Counted from the first letter of the stretch, positions 21,201 through 31,833 are shown. The stretch is DNA of 64,000 nucleotides from Nitrosopumilus sp. (GCA_965205675.1 OZ242186.1:1376001-1440000), one strand, 5' to 3'. Notes: generated by a model not told the origin, from the sequence alone. Program-made: numbers and translations.

Positions 21201-21571
21201 AGCGCCAAAAACATGACAGAAATATTGATACAATATCCAATATGGTGATGGGTGCAATATTGCGCGGAGAAATTCCAAAAGATGAAGGCAAAGAGGCAAT
21301 AAATATTATAAAATCAGAATTTGTAAGATCTTGGGAAGAGGACATAAGCTCGTTGCTTTTAGAGCATCAGCGAAGTCAGGAGATATCAAGTCTGTTGGAG
21401 GGAATAAAAAAATTAGGTCAATGGATAGGAATCCAAGAAAAGACAGAACCTATAAAAATCAAAGAAGAAGTGCAGAGACTAGAACCGGACCTAAAACTAG
21501 TCGGTGCAATGTTTATCACACCAGAAAAGTTTGATGAATCTCTTTACAAAAAAGGATTGGATGAATTCTAG
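18263..21571 (+). CDS. PLD-nuclease / SNF2-type SF2 helicase fusion
   Basis: HSKCY...IGSSNFT (PLD), ADATGLGKT, LIDESQ, LTATP, EGQNLQ, QRTGRVDR; ATGA overlap with the MTase. Confidence 0.9.
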   Translation: MTERIKRDIIENSQDITMQKILNSEIPHAKQLDISTGYFDVKGYGMLRETIQSVAKDESFAMRLLLGKEAILSQEGSFEKFARQYAESIKEKSLKTSLDETELTPEHKDDTTALITLLEQKNIEVRLGANRFNHSKCYILGNNSVFIGSSNFTAGGMTGNYELNAGLYQPGVAEQTRAWFDRMWDDSQDTKQQLIDVLRQSKFGTPPEPYLIYMKMLFERFRPLLEKVDRDAKESKILTKFQQDAVHSGLFIVSEFGGTIIADATGLGKTNMGIEMVRQKVLKEGKRVLLVAPSQVLHSMWKEKLKEVDINVRETLTMESLGREKILEDLGKYKNIDLVLIDESQNFRSKNANRRKNLMKLMSVGKRKQAILLTATPINNSLMDLYYQISIITGGEDSYFSRHIGIPDLEKHMRDAANKDLAQGLEKIQQLLDVVMVRRTRSYIKDVYSDDKIGGKPIKFPNHQYSPIEYSLSDLFGNIFARILEDINSLTMAPYGIEKYDTNLSEKERNKYRAVGHLQVILLLKRFESSIEAVRISIENKVNLYRYIKKVLDEGKILRVRDFNKIISKWNSAESGENPDTDTDEEDKMKFFLKEIKDIPKDEITKNYDVETLKEDMQRDLEILENLLNEVKKITVDTKIDRVVETILKEKALENESKKILIFTEYTATARYITKKLQEKFPNNMIRCITGNTKQDTRINYIREFSPNANLLEDEKLDTQEIDILVSTEVLAEGQNLQDCNYVINYDLPWNPMRIVQRTGRVDRLTSTYDTIHTRACYPDKELDDILKLMGKLLDKIHVVDEVIGGDSEILGENPTPKQFNGATQRIKVLAGKDGSERLISQMEQESDVMPALSPINELGRFIKEKGMETVQDIPIGRRSGKKGEKQKAVLAYLQEKPERRVYFVNYDFKTDTAIVPDDDSEAMRLVSCMQDTLIHLPMDGADNQESFELLLGIDQKARVAIKKNNEDILSYVKKPDNTKRQKHDRNIDTISNMVMGAILRGEIPKDEGKEAINIIKSEFVRSWEEDISSLLLEHQRSQEISSLLEGIKKLGQWIGIQEKTEPIKIKEEVQRLEPDLKLVGAMFITPEKFDESLYKKGLDEF

Positions 21572-21747
21572 ATTTGGATATTGCCTTCTCATATATCTGG
21601 GCGTACATCTAACCTCACATTAATTTTTAATTGTATTGCAAATCAGATACTGATCAAATGTCATAAAAACAATCATGCAAAGACAGGTTCTCTTGCGTTA
21701 TAGGTGATTTTAGCTGACTTTATGCCTGTTGCGTGTCGGTGAATCAA

Positions 21748-21898
21748 TCAATCTAATTTCAGATTTTCCCACTTGTCAAGGTAGTTGTCTGATTCCAACA
21801 GCATTTCTATTTGTGAGTAATGCAATATACCCTAATCGGGATAGTTCACCTGCTACAAAGTAAGCTCCTGTTGCACCTACAAAATTATTCTTTGACAT
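21748..21898 (-). pseudogene. Internally deleted small PD-(D/E)XK-type nuclease gene
   Basis: MSKNNFVGATGAYFVAGELSRLGYIALLTNRNAVGI joined out of frame to a YLDKWENLKLD* tail. Confidence 0.55.
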
Positions 21899-21902
21899 TA
21901 GA

Positions 21903-22190
21903 TTATTCTTCTAGGGATTCTTCAATACTTTCTATTTCACCTAAACTTGATTGTGGTTCTTCATACTTGTAATCCTCAAGCTTGATGTCCATGTATTTTT
22001 TCAATTTGTCCCATTCCTTTTGTAGGTCTCCTTTTGGCAACACTATTTGATATTTATCAAATGCTATTGTTTCCATATCGTTATCAACATCTGGTTTTTT
22101 ATTACCTGAACCAGATCTTAAGTCTTTTCCATCTGGTTTTTGTGTATCGATTTCATCGATTTCTATGTACTTGTCAACAACATGTGTCAT
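21903..22190 (-). CDS. Small acidic hypothetical protein
   Basis: 95 aa, about a quarter Asp/Glu. Confidence 0.65.
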   Translation of the reverse strand: MTHVVDKYIEIDEIDTQKPDGKDLRSGSGNKKPDVDNDMETIAFDKYQIVLPKGDLQKEWDKLKKYMDIKLEDYKYEEPQSSLGEIESIEESLEE

Positions 22191-22210
22191 CTCATCCAGA
22201 TTCCTATAAC

Positions 22211-22412
22211 CAGTCCATACCCTAACAATGATTTGAGTTTTCGATAGAAATGAGATTCAGTTCCGTTTGCAGAGATACCCCCGAAGGTAAGGACTGCACT
22301 CGTGTCTGCAAGTTACCATCTAGTTATTCCAGAAAGGTAACCTTTGTTGAAGAATGTTAGACTAGTTCACTTTTGAGAACAAGTCCACAATCTCTTTTTT
22401 TCTCCTCCTCAC
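22211..22412 (-). ncRNA. Candidate multi-stem structured leader/ncRNA
   Basis: GAGATT/AATCTC closing stem; GGTTACC/GGTAACT, TGCAGA/TCTGCA and GACT-GTTC/GAAC-AGTC stems; UUCG loop; BRE/TATA-like AAAAAGCTTAAA just upstream. Confidence 0.5.
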
Positions 22413-22512
22413 ATTCTATACAACATAGCGATCTTTAAGCTTTTTCCACCGACACGCAGCAGGCATAAAGTCAGCTAAAATCACCCATAACGCAATAGAA
22501 CCTGTTTAATTA

Positions 22513-23472
22513 TTATTGTTTAAACCACTTTTGATACATTTCTTGTACACCATCAGCGTAATTTTCACTAAGAAAGATAGCCGTTTTTTTAGCTTTAGGT
22601 GATGCATTGCCAACAGCAAACTTGTAAACAGATTCTCCAAACAATGGAACATCCAAATCACTGTCTCCCACTCCAATTACAACATCATCATTACCAAATC
22701 TTAATTCTGTAGAGAGTCTTTCTAATGCATAGCCCTTATTGATTTTCTTTTTTACAACATGGTACGAGTTTTTACTAGCTAGAACTTCTACATTAGCATT
22801 AGATTTCTTTACATAGTTCAAGAATTTGGATTCTTTAATTACGGCGTCAAATATTCTTTCGGTGATTCTTATACCCTGAACCACGTCTTCAGTTATTTTC
22901 TTACAATGTTTTTTCATGTATTGTAGAACTTTATCAGGTTCGGTTCTATTACCTAAAATAAGATGTCCATCAGAACCCATCCCAATTATAATTCCGCCAT
23001 TTTCAGCTATGCCAAAACGCTCTGTATTGAAATTATCCATATCTTGCCTTAATTGTGCTTCATTACGTCCTGATGCAAGATATACTCTATGTCCACTAGC
23101 ATTCATTTGTGCAAAAATATTTCGTACTTTATTTTGTATTGTGCCTCTTCCTTTTGTCAAGGTACTATCAACATCAAATACAAAATGACAGTTCTTATCA
23201 GAAATATTTTCCTTAAAAGCGTTTATTGCCTGATTTACAGTAATATCAGTTACATTAGACAAACTTTCATATTTTTTCTTTAGTTGATTGGCTCCTTTAT
23301 CACTTAGTAAGTGATCATCGCTGTAAGTAACAACAACATAAGTTATTGACGGTCTTTCAAAATCATTGTATTTCTTCAGGTGTTTTATTTTTGTGAATTT
23401 TCTTGAATGTTTCTTAATTTCTGCAATTACAGAAGTTGCCTTACCTCGTTTGACTTTAAGTATAACTTCCAA
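22513..23472 (-). CDS. HAD-IIB (Cof/phosphoglycolate phosphatase-like) hydrolase with N-terminal ACT/ferredoxin-like domain
   Basis: FDVDSTLT, LASGR, AENGG, NKG, GVGDSDLD, VGNA. Confidence 0.85.
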   Translation of the reverse strand: MEVILKVKRGKATSVIAEIKKHSRKFTKIKHLKKYNDFERPSITYVVVTYSDDHLLSDKGANQLKKKYESLSNVTDITVNQAINAFKENISDKNCHFVFDVDSTLTKGRGTIQNKVRNIFAQMNASGHRVYLASGRNEAQLRQDMDNFNTERFGIAENGGIIIGMGSDGHLILGNRTEPDKVLQYMKKHCKKITEDVVQGIRITERIFDAVIKESKFLNYVKKSNANVEVLASKNSYHVVKKKINKGYALERLSTELRFGNDDVVIGVGDSDLDVPLFGESVYKFAVGNASPKAKKTAIFLSENYADGVQEMYQKWFKQ

Positions 23473-23510
23473 GACTGAAAATAATCCAACATATGAGGTT
23501 ATGAAAGTTG

Positions 23511-23804
23511 TTATTGGCTAACCAGAACTTTTAGGTTTTTTACACCAGTAGGTTTTGCTGCACTTGATTTAATTTTCCATAAATTCTTGGTGAACTCTTT
23601 GATTTCACTTTCTTTGACCAGTGCTTTTCCAGTTACACAGTATCTAGTTCCTTCAAATGTAGTACCAGTAGTGTATGCCTGTAAGATATTTTTAGATGAT
23701 TTCATAGAAGCATTACGCATTGGTATACAGTTTGCATGTTTGTCCTTAGTACATCTAAACATGAAATAGACATTCTTCAAATTTTGATTTTTAGGCTTCA
23801 ACAT
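23511..23804 (-). CDS. Small ACT/Lrp-ligand-domain-like protein
   Basis: 97 aa with a beta-alpha-beta-beta-alpha-beta-like pattern; co-oriented with the HAD gene. Confidence 0.5.
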   Translation of the reverse strand: MLKPKNQNLKNVYFMFRCTKDKHANCIPMRNASMKSSKNILQAYTTGTTFEGTRYCVTGKALVKESEIKEFTKNLWKIKSSAAKPTGVKNLKVLVSQ

Positions 23805-24109
23805 ATAACATCTCCGGATCGAATAATCGATTGCTCATGGATATATACGTAAAGATCGTTCATAGTTAAATTAGCATTACTACTAATTAATAACAAAGGA
23901 TTTGTGCAATTATCAGACATACAACCCAAATTTTGACCAAAAATCGTCAAATTCATTGAATTCTTGTCACCAACACCAAGCATTCAATATGAAGTTCACA
24001 TACTCCAATATAAAAGAATTTACGCATGTCAGATCAGATTATCATTAGAATTTGATTTTAGCAGTGTTTCTCAAATTTTCTTCAATTCCCTATGCGCACC
24101 TAGTGGTTA

Positions 24110-24850
24110 GGGATGTTAGTTTCTCTGGATGACGTGGAGATTTACAGATTAGAAAGTATCCCTCAGAAGATCATCCACTGTCTTGTAATTTTTCTTGAAT
24201 CCTTTGGTAACCTCTTCAACTTTTTCGTCTATCAATTCCAAAATAGTTTTTCCCTTGATAACATCAGATTCATCATTACTAAAAGCAGATGGTCCAGTAT
24301 GGCACAAGTCAGATATGAAAAAGAATAGAATTCCAATCTCAGGAATTGACACAGATGCAAAATGGGGTTTTTCAAAATCAAAGGGTTGGGTATTTGGGTA
24401 CAAACTGCACATGAGTTGCAGTACTGGCAAACTGGTTGTTCCTTTATCTGCTGATGTCTCAACTGCAAATGTTTCTGATGGTAAAATGTATTATACAATA
24501 GTTGAATCGCTTTCAGGACTGGTTGAGAATATTTTATGTGATCCAGCATATGATGATAAATCATTATATCAGTTTAGTGATGAGAGACATTTGAGATTGA
24601 TTTGTCCTATCAAAATATATCCATCAACGCCACCAGAGCGAATCAAACTTGCAGATTTTTATAATTCTGTACAAGGTCAAGAGTTGTACTCACAAAGAAA
24701 AGTTTCAATTGAACCTTTATTTGAAATATTCAAAGATACGTTCAACATTAGAACTGTACATGTGAAAGGATTTGACAACGTGAAATCATTTGGATTGGTT
24801 TGCGTGTTGGTGTATCAACTTGCAGTATATTACAATTGCATAACAAAAAC
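24110..24850 (+). mobile_element. DDE_Tnp_1-type transposase fragment, truncated by the ISH3-type element
   Basis: DAKWG...GWVFGYKLH, DPAYDD, R.SIEPLF. Confidence 0.8.
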
Positions 24851-26170
24851 CAGTAGATGGGAAAGTAACTCAAGTTACACATTCTAGAAAATAATTATTT
24901 TTGTTATTTCTAAAGTAATGAATAATTATCTTTACAAAGAAATATTTGAGAATTTCAATTGATATTATTGGTTTGTGATTTTGTACATTAGTTTCTTCTG
25001 AGATAATCAAATTAGCAATTATCCATGCATTGTACAAAATCAATGAATAGTAAAAATACAACAATCTTATGGATTGGTTTGAACTGGTGGTTTTTGGTCT
25101 GAACCTTCCCACACATGCATAGCCTGTTTCAATCCCCCAACGTTTCTTGTAATCAGTTGGAATGTTTTGTATGTTATATGATATTTCTTTTGGTGAAACG
25201 TTTGTTGCAAACACAACATACTGATCAATAATATCTGATTTTTTTCTTGCATTTTTGTTTGGCAGAATAACTAGAGTAAATGATTCTACATGTCCTGATG
25301 ATGATTTTATTGTGTATGGCGAGATTGACTTTCTATCTCCATTAACGTATTGTACAATTGCATCTTTGATTCGAGAATTCTTTTTTGCAGGCATTAGAAA
25401 TTTCAGATTCTTTTGTTTTATTTCTGAAATTGTTCCAGCTGTGAAAAACTCCCTATCCACTAGCAATAGTTTAATCTTGATTCCATTATTGATGCCATCA
25501 GAGAGTAATTTACGCACAAAATCGGCATTTGATTTGTTGTCATACAAAGGATAACAACCTAGTTGAGCCCTGATTCTTTTTTCAACGCACTGCATGGTGC
25601 AGTAACTCTCAAAATGAGTAGTACTGTTTTTTGATTTTGATTTTATTAAAGAATGGTTTGGCAATTTGTCATATCTTGGGATTAGATGTTTGTCAATTGC
25701 CACAGTAACTGGTTGCTCCAATACTCCCAATTCTTGTAATTTTGATATGGTACTATCTAGTGAACGATGTAATTGAATTTGCATTGTTTTTTGTGATATT
25801 TTTGATATGATTTTTCTCAACCATGAAACCAGTTGGAGAAGCATTATCTGATTCCATCGCCAGTCTCTTTAATCCAGATTCAGAATATGAATTTCCCAAA
25901 CACAATGACATGATAGAATTGTGTGCATCTGCATTGTGGAACCGTGAGTTATTTTTATCAGAACACGGAAACAACAAGATATTGTACATTATTTTAGTGA
26001 TAATCTCAAATGCTTTAGATAGTATCACACCTTGGTGTGTCATGGTATCAAATGAAGTACAATGCATATTTGATGGAGTGACATACTTTCATCAAGCTTT
26101 TTCTATCTGAATAGATTGATTGAATAATTGATAGTTTTTGATCTAAATTGAGTTACTTTCCCATCTACTG
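24851..26170 (-). mobile_element. ISH3-family IS with frameshifted transposase (25753..26067 + 24870..25844)
   Basis: Perfect 23-bp TIR CAGTAGATGGGAAAGTAACTCAA; VAIDKHLIPRY, DREFF, YKKRWGIETGY. Confidence 0.88.
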
Positions 26171-26434
26171 CTTTCTAGACTTTTTAGAACTCAAATTAAA
26201 CACATATCTATGTGAAATCTTTAAAAACATTTGCACTCTTTTGCAACACATGAGAATGGCTACCGCTCGAGATGATCCCATTCATTTTCAAAAGATGAAA
26301 CCGGACACATATCTATTCGAGGATCTCCCTCAGTACCATTCTTCATCCATTTATCAGAACCCTGCCGCAGTTACAAAACGAGGATCTCCCTCAATATGTT
26401 TAACGAGGATTATAGTTCTGATCATAATGTTTCA

Positions 26435-27286
26435 TTATGCATTTTTGATGCACTGGTAAAATGTCATGTTGTTTTTTAACATCCAGTAAATTATTCTCAA
26501 CAGTTTGGATGCTGCTGCCACTGCAGCTTTTGATGTCCCCCTCTTTTTTGCAAGACGTTTGTAAAAATTTGTAATGGTGCTGTTTTTTGCATATCTTACA
26601 TGAGAATGTACTGCCTCCACCAGAACCCAGCGTAACATGCTACTTCCTCTTCTTGTTATGGAACCATGGCGTATGGTGTCAGCTGAGTTTCTCACCGATG
26701 GTACAATTCCTGCATATGAACACAGTTTGTGAGAATCTGAAAATCTTTCGATATTGTCAATTTCAGAGGATATGGTTAATGCAGTAAATCTTCCAACACC
26801 AGGTATTGATTCTAAGAGTTGTGCGTTAGAATCATGTTTTAGAGCATCCTTGATTCTCATGTCTGACTCTGCGATTCTATCATTGATTGATATTATCATC
26901 TTGAGATATCCATCTATTCGATAGTCATCTAATCCCAACAGTTTGTGCACATATGAATCAGAAAATGCAGTTCCTGGTATCTTGATTGCATTTTGTAAGG
27001 TTATACTGTGAATCAAATTTTTCATCCTTGTCCTGTTGCGGACTAGTTTGGTTCTATATCTCACCAGTTGTCTTGTTTGCACGGTATCTTTTTCTGGTAC
27101 ATGACAAGATGAGATGTATCCTCCTCTTAGCAAATCTGCCAAGATGTGAGCATCAATCTTGTCAGTTTTTTTCTTTGATGCTGCAATTGCTTTTGTGTGA
27201 TATGGGTTTGATAGTATTACATCAAATCCTAGTTCGTCTCGCAGAAACCTAAACACGCCATACCAGACAGATGATGATTCCATTAC
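26435..27286 (-). mobile_element. IS110-family recombinase, C-terminal part
   Basis: KKTDKIDA, SIPGVG, SYAGIVPSVRNSA, AVAAASKL; N-terminus lies at 33825-34090. Confidence 0.9.
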
Positions 27287-28671
27287 GTAACTGTCTAGAG
27301 TTTTGAAGTAAAATCTCCAAGATATTCTAAAGAATAATCATGAAAGTTTAATCCTCGTAATCTGCATGTCTCTTTTATACTCATCAGTATCTTATGAGAA
27401 TCAGCACCATGAATGGTTCTATGACCGTTTGTAATTTTACGAATTATCACATTTGGTCTGATTGCCCTCTCTGCTGTGTTATTGTGTGAATCAGTTCCAG
27501 TAATTAGGAATGTAAAAAGCATTTCTCTCTCACGTTTCAATCTTTTTACAAACCTGATACAGTTTTTCTCTGTGTATTTTTTTGATATGATGTGATTAAT
27601 TCTCCTTTCAAGATTCTTTTTTGCACGGATTCTTTCTGATTCTGATTTTATTTTTGCCACACCATGAGAGTCATAAATTATTTTCTTGAGATTCTTGGCA
27701 AATGGTGCAAATTCTGGTCCGGGATTCTTGTGATTAATGGTATCATTAACCTCTCTGAGATAATGGATGTGACATTTCTGGTGAGTGTTTCCAACATGGT
27801 TCCATGCAGGGTACGAATCACTTGTAATGTTGCCATCATACTCCTTGAGAATTCTCTTGGGAACATCCATTGAACGTGATTTGTCAATCTCGTAAATTAC
27901 AGTCCATTTACTCACAAATGCCCACAACCAGTGGTTCTGGCCATCTATCCTCCAACTTGTCTCATCACCATGTATGTTTAGATCTTCTTTTAACTCTGCA
28001 ATCATTGTATCATATCTGCTCCCAAATGCTTTTGATACTGTTGATACTGCATGATTAATTGCAGATTCTGTAATGTGCAGTGAGAAGAGCATCTGCAAAA
28101 GATGAGATATTTTACCATACGATAATCCGATAGTTTTCAGTGATATGATTAGCACCATGAGCCTAATCCCAAATCTCTCATTGGGTAGCGCAGTGTGAAT
28201 GTTACCCGAGATTTGTTTTTTGCAGTTTGTATCGTCTAACTATCGTATATTTTGTCACAACTGCTTTTGCAGGAATGATGTCTTCTACTATTCTGGTGTA
28301 TGAATCAGTTGGTTCTGAGAGTGATTTGCCACATGTGTTGCACTCTTTTTGGTCAACTGTAATGGCATCATCAATGTGTGCCCGTCTGCTTCTGCTTTTT
28401 CTAGGATGTCTTGATGTTTTCTTCTTTTTTGCAGTTTCAGTCTTGTTTGGTTTTGCTTTGATATTTCTTGCAACAAGTGTAGACACTGTTTGTTTTAGTT
28501 CTGCAATTTCTCTGTGTAACTGACGGTTTTCTTGCTCCAACGAGTGACATCTGTTACGATAATATTCCAGCTCATCATATACTGACAATTGTATATTGTA
28601 ATTTGTCACTGATCAGAAAAGATATAGATAAAAAATATTAAAGAAAGTACTTCAAAACTCTAGACAGTTAC
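27287..28671 (-). mobile_element. IS66-family (ISBst12-like) element, copy 1
   Basis: 24-bp TIR GTAACTGTCTAGAGTTTTGAAGTA; HGDETSW, QKCHIH, NNTAERAIR. Confidence 0.92.
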
Positions 28672-28699
28672 AAAAAATCTCTATAATTACGCAAGAGGT

Positions 28700-29014
28700 C
28701 TAATCAAAAAACATACAAGAAGGGGTTCACTATACTACACCGATGAGCATACAGCATATGCATCATTGATAATGAGAGGAAAGCACCAGATTGTATCTCA
28801 TGGAAAAGATGAGTATGCTAGAGGCGATGTTCACATCAATGGAATGGAGGGATTTTGGAGTTATGCTAAAACTTGGATGTATCATTACAAAGGAGTTTCT
28901 AAACAATATTTTCATCTGTATCTCAAAGGGATAGAATTTAGATTCAACAACAGAGATGAGAATATCTTTGAAATGTTAGCAAAAATGCTTGTAAAACCTG
29001 TTCCAAATGAGTAG
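28700..29014 (+). pseudogene. IS1595-family transposase fragment preceded by an ISL2-type IR end (28685-28702)
   Basis: YTDE..AY, HINGMEGFWS, YLK.IEFRFN. Confidence 0.8.
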
Positions 29015-29063
29015 GTATTACCATTATCTTTATATTGAAATTTCTTTGTGACCCGATTAGAAC

Positions 29064-31447
29064 ATGAATAAGCTAAAGTATGCAATACTATTCACTCTAA
29101 TATTAATTCCTGTAGCAATGAGTGATACTTTGGCTCAAAGTGTCAATGATGATTTTACCATATCAAATAGTACCTTGTCTGGATTTATTTCTGATGATGA
29201 ACCGATAGGCCCTGTAGGCATAGTCAGCGAACTGTACAAGGCACACAGTGATGTTACTGATGTAATCATCGAGAACACACTTGCAATAAACAGTGTAGGG
29301 TACGTAGATGAGCAAGTATATCTTGAGGGCACGTGGGTTGATGAGGCAAAAAACAAGCTAGTCTTATTGCTAGACCCGGTGCAGGCCCTTGATCCTTTAG
29401 ACATTGATGACATACAAGAGGGTTGGGGATTCTAGTGCCCCTAGAGATAAAGTACGGGTATTTCGTACCCGAAGTCGGAGCTTCTCAGGCCACTACTTGT
29501 CCTGCTGATTCTGGCTCATCTGTATGTTACTACTGGGACAGATACGTGGATAGATGTCTGCCAACTCATACCACAAGCAGATGTGGTACTTATGCTGATG
29601 CAATCACTTCTGCAGGATATACAGCATTGCCAACTTTGCTATCATCTACTACCGTACCTACATCTGGCACTACAAGTACCGTTCCAAGTACAAGTAGCAC
29701 ATCCAGTACCGCTCCAACATTAGGTACCGTAATATTTCAAGACACTTTTGTAAACGGCATCTCAAAATGGGTTGAATCAGGACAACGTGAATGGCAAGGA
29801 GGCACACTTGATGACTCTGCTGTGATATCTGGAGAAACGCGTTCCAACAAAATTGCAGAAGCTGATGACTGTGATGATGAATCATGCATACTTGCGTTGC
29901 GTGACTCTGTTAATTTATCAGAATATTCTGCTGCAACACTAGAATTTCACAGATATGTAGATAATAGTCTTGACCGAGGCGAATACCTCAAAGTAGAGGT
30001 TGGAAATAACAACAGATGGACTGAGATTTTCAAGTGGACAGACAGAGTCGGTGATGATTCAACATGGCACAAAGAGTCATACAACTTATCAGGCTATCTC
30101 CAAGATGGATTCAAAGTCAGATTTGTAACAGAGCAGAGCTCAAGCACAGAAGATGTTGGAATTGACAATGTAAAGATTACGGGCACTTTATCTGCTCCAT
30201 CCCAATGCACACTTGATGTACGCGCATCATTAAATGATAATGGGGGAATTGATGCTACTTGGAATAATAGTTGCAGCGATATAAAACGATACAAGGTGTA
30301 CTATTCAGAGAATGGTCAACGTAACACGTATCTTGGCAGCACGACTAGTACTGCATATACATATTCATCACCTGGTGAGGGAGATAATTACACCATCAAG
30401 GTAAAGGCCCAATATTCTAATGGTGGCAGTTACACGCAATACTTTGAGAGTAACACAGTTATGGTTCCCGTCTCAGATGTAACAAGTCCAGTAATTACGG
30501 TTCCTAGTAATATGAATATCGATTTGCCCCAATATCATACAGCAACAACTCTAAGTTACACGGCATCAGCTTATGATATGATAGACGGTACAGTTCCTGT
30601 TAGTTGTACTCCTACAAGTGGAAGTACCGCACCAATTGGCATAACTGTTGTAACTTGTACTGCTACAGATAGTGCAGCAAATGTCGGCACTGGTTCATTT
30701 ATTGTAAATGTACATGCATACACTGCACCTGTCAATCCACAAACATCAACTGTTAAGGAATTTTATGGTGGAAATGAATATAGTCTAATTACACAGAATG
30801 CAACACATGTATCTAAACCCTCATCCACATTAACCATTGGGATTACTAATTCTACAGGTATTAATGGTATTGTAGTTTCAGGACACGGTTTAGAAATAGA
30901 CCCCGGTTTTACATTTGTTGAACATGCAATTGGCGCTACTAACACAAAAATTACATCTGAATTAGTACCTGTTTCTAATTCAGGAAGCGTTGATGCTGCA
31001 TTCATACCAATTACTGAGCCAAACATAATTGTTGGTAGTAAAGTTCAAGCATTAAACGGAACTGTTTTTGATGTCACTCAAGGAACATTATCTGATGTAG
31101 AACGTGGTGAAGACTTGAGCAGTTACGGCATGCGCAACAATGGTGATGGTTCACTATTATTCAAAAATGCCACAGTATATCACAATGAAATGGTGTTTTA
31201 CAATATGGGAATAGCGCTGTATCCTAGTATGACTGGTGACAGCGGGGCTCCAATCATACGTCATTCGGATGACAATTCAAAAATTGTTGGCGTTCATAGA
31301 GGCGGAGTTTGTATATTTGATTCTGTATCTGAGAATCAACAGAGAGTAAATGTTACAAATACTAACAGTATTTGTCAAACGGATAATTACTACTACAAAG
31401 TGTTTAGTGCTTGGGAGAACGTAAAAGAGAGACTCAATCTGAGATGA
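29064..31447 (+). CDS. Secreted multidomain S1 (trypsin-like) serine protease (jelly-roll, Fn3, HYR), frameshift near 29420
   Basis: Signal peptide in 29064..29435; triad motifs VSGHG, DAAFI, GDSGAP. Confidence 0.8.
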
Positions 31448-31674
31448 TCAAATTTCCACCATCCTATTTTTTATTTGGAATTGCAGGGGTATTATCCATA
31501 GTTTGCATCATATTTTCTATTCCTACGTCATGTGTTATAATAGTTGAAGAAGAATGTCTCCCCATGTCTAGTACAATACATAGCGAGGTAGCTATATGTA
31601 CAAGACCGCTATCACCAGATGAACAATGCACAACTGTTTGGGAAAACATCAAAACGGAGCTAAATCTCAGATAG
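31444..31674 (+). CDS. Small membrane-anchored Cys-rich protein whose C-terminus resembles the protease C-terminus
   Basis: ATGA overlap; TM helix; ends WENIKTELNLR. Confidence 0.65.
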   Translation: MIKFPPSYFLFGIAGVLSIVCIIFSIPTSCVIIVEEECLPMSSTIHSEVAICTRPLSPDEQCTTVWENIKTELNLR

Positions 31675-31689
31675 TTTTTTTGTAACCAT

Positions 31690-31832
31690 AACCATAACCA
31701 TATGTGCCAAAATCAGCTAGGAAATTAGATGGTACTTGCATTCGTATCAAGAAAGTAAGAAATGCAAACAAACACACTACCCTTCCTGAAAAAAAATATT
31801 TGATGTTTGTAGGATTGGATGTTCACAAGAAC
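31690..31832 (+). mobile_element. IS110 5' fragment
   Basis: FVGLDVHK; leader similar to the reverse complement of 34060-34100. Confidence 0.65.
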
Positions 31833-31833
31833 T

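Larger units (their letters stand above)
21683..22505. repeat. 59-bp inverted repeats (21683-21741 / 22447-22505, 3 mismatches) framing a cassette
   Basis: acaggttctcttgcgttataggtg...gcgtgtcggtg and its reverse complement. Confidence 0.92.

Noticed and set aside
14277-21571. Complete DISARM or BREX system
   Set aside because: No drmA/drmB (DUF1998), pglZ or brxC genes found.
21683-22505. Integron attC sites or an ordinary IS
   Set aside because: No RYYYAAC/GTTRRRY pair within one site, no integrase or transposase, and no TSD.
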